From: an uncultured virus (IMG/VR IMGVR_UViG_3300033153_002864)
Lineage: Duplodnaviria; Heunggongvirae; Uroviricota; Caudoviricetes
DNA: 20,000 nt
IMG/VR virus record: IMGVR_UViG_3300033153_002864
Direction: 5' to 3' (one strand)
Each line of letters starts with the position of its first letter. Within the stretch, counting starts at the first letter, position 1. Shown piece after piece: positions 17,058 to 20,000 of this stretch. The notes beneath the pieces were generated by a model that was not told where the DNA came from, did not search any database, and saw only the letters and a program-made list of their open reading frames with translations. The translations under genes and the position numbers were made by a program.

Positions 17058-17261
17058 TTAACCTTTAGTTCCTACTGATGTAGAAAATTCATAAACCAAC
17101 TTATCATTCTTTACAGTTGGTCCTGTTACGTGAGCATTTGTTAACTCGGTATATTGATTAGAATAGAAATCAAGAACATTGTCTTTCGACATTTCTCTAT
17201 TCGGATCCTCTAATTCAATATCTCCATGTTTAAATACTCTTTTTAATTCAGTTACTTCCAT
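17058..17261 (-). CDS. PRTRC system protein C (ubiquitin-like)
   Basis: LKRVF...LEDPN..MS...VLDFYSNQYTELTNA.VTGP...YEFSTSVGTKG, ending in a C-terminal Gly. Confidence 0.9.
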   Translation of the reverse strand: MEVTELKRVFKHGDIELEDPNREMSKDNVLDFYSNQYTELTNAHVTGPTVKNDKLVYEFSTSVGTKG

Positions 17262-17262
17262 C

Positions 17263-18393
17263 TTATCCTAATATTTCAATGTGATCACTTGCTGATGGCC
17301 TTGGCGTTTCAGCTTTAACTTCTGGTATTGGCACTACTTTATCTGCTTCAAATTCAGCTTCTCTTTTAACCATATCTTCTCTAGCCATTTCTTCCATAGG
17401 AGACATTTCTTCTACTATTGGAGTTGGAGCTACAGTTTCAGCGATAGGTGGATTATGTTCTCTCCAAGTTGCTAATCTGATTTCATAATTCTCCATAGAT
17501 TCTAAATCTAATCTCTTAGGCTTAGGCTGTCCTTTTAAATCATTAGCAACAAACGCTTCTGCTATTGGAATAGGATTCTCTTGTATATGTTTAACCCTAT
17601 TTTGATATTCAATATCACTTTCTACATGAGCAACTATAGGTTGTTCAGCCTTTTGCTGTTCTCCAATAGCTACTTCCTTCATAGATGTAGGTGCAGCAAG
17701 TCCAGCTTCCGTTAACGCATCTTGAACTTGGTTAACCTCATCTTTAGATTCAGCTCCTAATATTACTGGAGTTTTATCAGCTAAAGTATTTGGAATATGA
17801 CTTAAATCAACTAAAGGTTTCTCTGCAATAGCAGTAGGTTCAGATGCCATTACAACTTCTACCATTTCTTCCTTAACTTGTTCTACCAATTTAGCTTCTT
17901 CTTTAGGAACAAACATACCTTCCGCTTTAGGAACAAGTTTGTCCATTAAATCAAGAGCTTTCTTATATTCAGGTGCAACTTTCAATGCTGCTTTCACTTT
18001 GAGAATAGCTTTCTTAGTTTCTTCCTTTTCAATAAGAGCTTCAGCTTCTTTAATATACTTATCAGCTTTATCTGTAAGTTTCTTGTCTGCATCTTTTTTA
18101 GCTTTAACAATAGCAGTCTTTTCTGCCTGTATCTCTACATTTTTCTCGAATTGAACTAAATTAGTTGATATTCCAGAAACTTTTTGTAATGGCTGTTGAA
18201 TAATACCCGCAAATTGGGCGTCTAATTCTTCAGCTGTACCTTTTAATAGAATAGGTGTTAAGCTCTTCATTGCATCATCCTTACAAGTAGGTTGAGGCAA
18301 TACTGAAACTGTAAGACCGTTCTCATTTTTACTAATAACAACATTGAGGTTTAATCCATCTAAATGCTGCTCAATACTTTTAAAAAAGCTCAT
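17263..18393 (-). CDS. PRTRC system protein E with long acidic extension
   Basis: N-terminal FF..I...LTVSVLP...LTPILLKGTAEELDAQF, then a TPR-like helix pair and an E/P/A-rich tail. Confidence 0.85.
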   Translation of the reverse strand: MSFFKSIEQHLDGLNLNVVISKNENGLTVSVLPQPTCKDDAMKSLTPILLKGTAEELDAQFAGIIQQPLQKVSGISTNLVQFEKNVEIQAEKTAIVKAKKDADKKLTDKADKYIKEAEALIEKEETKKAILKVKAALKVAPEYKKALDLMDKLVPKAEGMFVPKEEAKLVEQVKEEMVEVVMASEPTAIAEKPLVDLSHIPNTLADKTPVILGAESKDEVNQVQDALTEAGLAAPTSMKEVAIGEQQKAEQPIVAHVESDIEYQNRVKHIQENPIPIAEAFVANDLKGQPKPKRLDLESMENYEIRLATWREHNPPIAETVAPTPIVEEMSPMEEMAREDMVKREAEFEADKVVPIPEVKAETPRPSASDHIEILG

Positions 18394-18411
18394 ATATTTT
18401 GGGTTTAATTA

Positions 18412-18441
18412 ATACTAAAGAGCCGCAAAGCTCTTTAATAT
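18412..18441 (-). repeat. GGCTCT hairpin element, copy 9
   Basis: mRNA AUAUUAAAGAGCU-UUGC-GGCUCUUUAGUAU, 13 bp with two U-G pairs. Confidence 0.9.
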
Positions 18442-18444
18442 ATT

Positions 18445-19728
18445 TTAAGTAAATAAGATTCTTCTAAAATTCTTAGAACGCAATACTATTTTCATAAGCC
18501 TTTTCATAATATTATACATATTACTGTTTCTATTATGAAGTAAGCCTATTAATACTACTGATTCTAAATCCTTATCAGAAAGTACATCAATATTAGTATT
18601 GAAGATTAGTTCTTTTACATCTGGTATTATCTCAAAATCTCCTTTTAAAGATACCGCTATAGAGAAATCACAAACCTTATCATATTTATTAAGAATCTTA
18701 TTAATCCTTTTTTGTAATTCAGGATTAGCAACTTCTTTATAAATCAGTTTTGATTCATTATAACCACTTCCTGAAGATCCATAATAACCTTGACCACTTC
18801 TTGTTGTTATTTTTTCACAAGGTAATTCACACTTCTCTAAAATTGTATATAATTCCATTGGAACATATACAGCTCTATCTTTAGCTTCCTTATTAGATTC
18901 TGGATGTAAAAATAAATAGCCTTGAAATAATTCCTTAACTATTTTAGGTTCATAATCTGCTGAACTAAAGTAAAGACTACTCTTCTCAATAACGTTACTA
19001 ACCTCACTATTGTTGTACATTTCAAGGTATTGCTTAACTATCTTTCTATTTGAGTTAAGTATAGCAGTAGGTATATCTCCATTGATAAAACCTCTATACT
19101 GTCTTAACTCATTTAGCTCACAATCTTTAAAATCATAATTGAAATAAGAGTTGTAATGACTCTTGCCATCTACCAATACATTGTTTTTATATACTTTCAA
19201 TGAATTGTGCTTTACTTTTTTGTAGATGGAAAATTTGTTATTTTGAAATATTGGTACTTCTGCATTAAAATACAGATTCCATTTATCATGAACTTTCTGA
19301 ATATCCTCATCCATTTCAATATAAAATGTAGTAGCTCCGGCTTTACCTTTAAGTTTACTTCTGCCATCAATAGCTTTAGCACTGGCATCTTCTTCATCAA
19401 TAGCATTACACCATATCTCTCTAAGTATTTCCCAGGCATTCCATTGGTAACCATATTCAGTAGTAATATTCATAGAATCTCCATTACAGAAAATTTCTTC
19501 TGCAGAGATCCCTTTAATATTTACTGGCTCAGTTACAAACATTACCTCTTCTTCTCCAATAAAAACCTTGAAGTTATTCGTTGTTCTTAACAAGTAGCTA
19601 ATAGCATATTTCAATCCTGTACCAAATTGTCCAATTTTGTTGCTATCACTTGTTTTCGTACTTGCTCCAATGAGCTTTAACAGTCTTACATCAAGTAGAC
19701 CTTTGTTTTGAATTTTTAAGTATTTCAT
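18445..19728 (-). CDS. GHKL (HATPase/Hsp90-like) ATPase domain protein
   Basis: Motifs IQNKG, IGASTK...IGQFGTGLK, LREIWCNAIDE and GATTFYI in the N-terminal 140 aa. Confidence 0.75.
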   Translation of the reverse strand: MKYLKIQNKGLLDVRLLKLIGASTKTSDSNKIGQFGTGLKYAISYLLRTTNNFKVFIGEEEVMFVTEPVNIKGISAEEIFCNGDSMNITTEYGYQWNAWEILREIWCNAIDEEDASAKAIDGRSKLKGKAGATTFYIEMDEDIQKVHDKWNLYFNAEVPIFQNNKFSIYKKVKHNSLKVYKNNVLVDGKSHYNSYFNYDFKDCELNELRQYRGFINGDIPTAILNSNRKIVKQYLEMYNNSEVSNVIEKSSLYFSSADYEPKIVKELFQGYLFLHPESNKEAKDRAVYVPMELYTILEKCELPCEKITTRSGQGYYGSSGSGYNESKLIYKEVANPELQKRINKILNKYDKVCDFSIAVSLKGDFEIIPDVKELIFNTNIDVLSDKDLESVVLIGLLHNRNSNMYNIMKRLMKIVLRSKNFRRILFT

Positions 19729-19754
19729 ATAATATGTTTTGGGTTAATATCAAA

Positions 19755-19786
19755 GAGCCACAAAGAACGCAAGTTCTCTGTAGCTC
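19755..19786 (-). repeat. GGCTCT hairpin element, copy 10 (long form)
   Basis: mRNA GAGCUACAGAGAAC-UUGC-GUUCUUUGUGGCUC, 14 bp with two G-U pairs. Confidence 0.9.
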
Positions 19787-19887
19787 AATGACCTCCTTCA
19801 CCCAATTTCTTTTTTTCGTCCATTGAAACGGACGATAACAGCCACTATAGAACATTGCTCATTCTTTGCACGTTCCATAGTTTGGTG

Positions 19888-20000
19888 TTAGGTGTAATAC
19901 TCGTCACCTAATTCTTTTTTTAACTTATTTAGTATCAAGTTTCTTTTATGTGTTTCTTCATAAGAAAGAGTAACCTTATCGAATATGTGTAAAATATCTA
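19888..20000 (-). CDS. Partial CDS (3' end), hypothetical
   Basis: Open frame ...DILHIFDKVTLSYEETHKRNLILNKLKKELGDEYYT*, with TAA at 19890-19888. Confidence 0.6.
   Translation of the reverse strand, partial: DILHIFDKVTLSYEETHKRNLILNKLKKELGDEYYT

Noticed and set aside
4936..19590. Plus-strand ORFs at 4936, 7080, 10738, 11276, 12391, 13759, 15703, 16378, 17939 and 19207
   Set aside because: They are antisense shadows of well-supported minus-strand genes, with biased S/L/F/I composition and no motifs.
2384..19786. Repeat family as a CRISPR array or REP/MITE
   Set aside because: Copies are 1.3-3.5 kb apart with whole genes between them, only about 12 nt are conserved, there are no target duplications, and no cas or transposase gene is present.
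19791..19798. Perfect SD-like AAGGAGGT on the minus strand
   Set aside because: No start codon lies at usable spacing, and the other genes in the window do not use SD sequences.
1..20000. Stop-codon reassignment, tRNA or rRNA genes
   Set aside because: TAA, TGA and TAG all end genes at sensible junctions and conserved genes are unbroken in code 11. No cloverleaf or rRNA-like sequence was seen.

Overview
AT-rich (about 30% GC by eye) segment of a dsDNA phage or prophage, most likely of a Bacteroidota (Flavobacteriia-like) host. The host inference rests on the lack of Shine-Dalgarno sequences before genes, A/T-rich leaders, one TTG-N20-TAnnTTTG promoter and an AxG-Q signal peptide. Bases 1-1213 (+) are the end of a probable late/lysis module (holin-like gene and an overlapping membrane-protein pair), closed by a bidirectional terminator. 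Bases 1264-20000 (-) are one densely packed early/middle arm. In transcription order it encodes a GHKL-type ATPase with permuted motif order; a PRTRC ubiquitin-like conjugation cassette (E, C/Ubl, unknown, B/E2-like, ThiF/E1); a DnaA-C-like HTH protein; ArdC; a DUF4942 methyltransferase; DnaB; an HU-like protein; a Sak4-like ATPase; an SSB-like protein; a DUF2303-like pair; two PD-(D/E)XK nucleases; and many small ORFs. The most striking unexplained signal is a family of 10 intergenic elements. Each carries the invariant minus-strand motif CTTnnnGGCTCT 15-27 nt before a start codon, within a hairpin that pairs fully only on the mRNA strand, through G-U wobbles. All family assignments are from motif recognition, not database searches.
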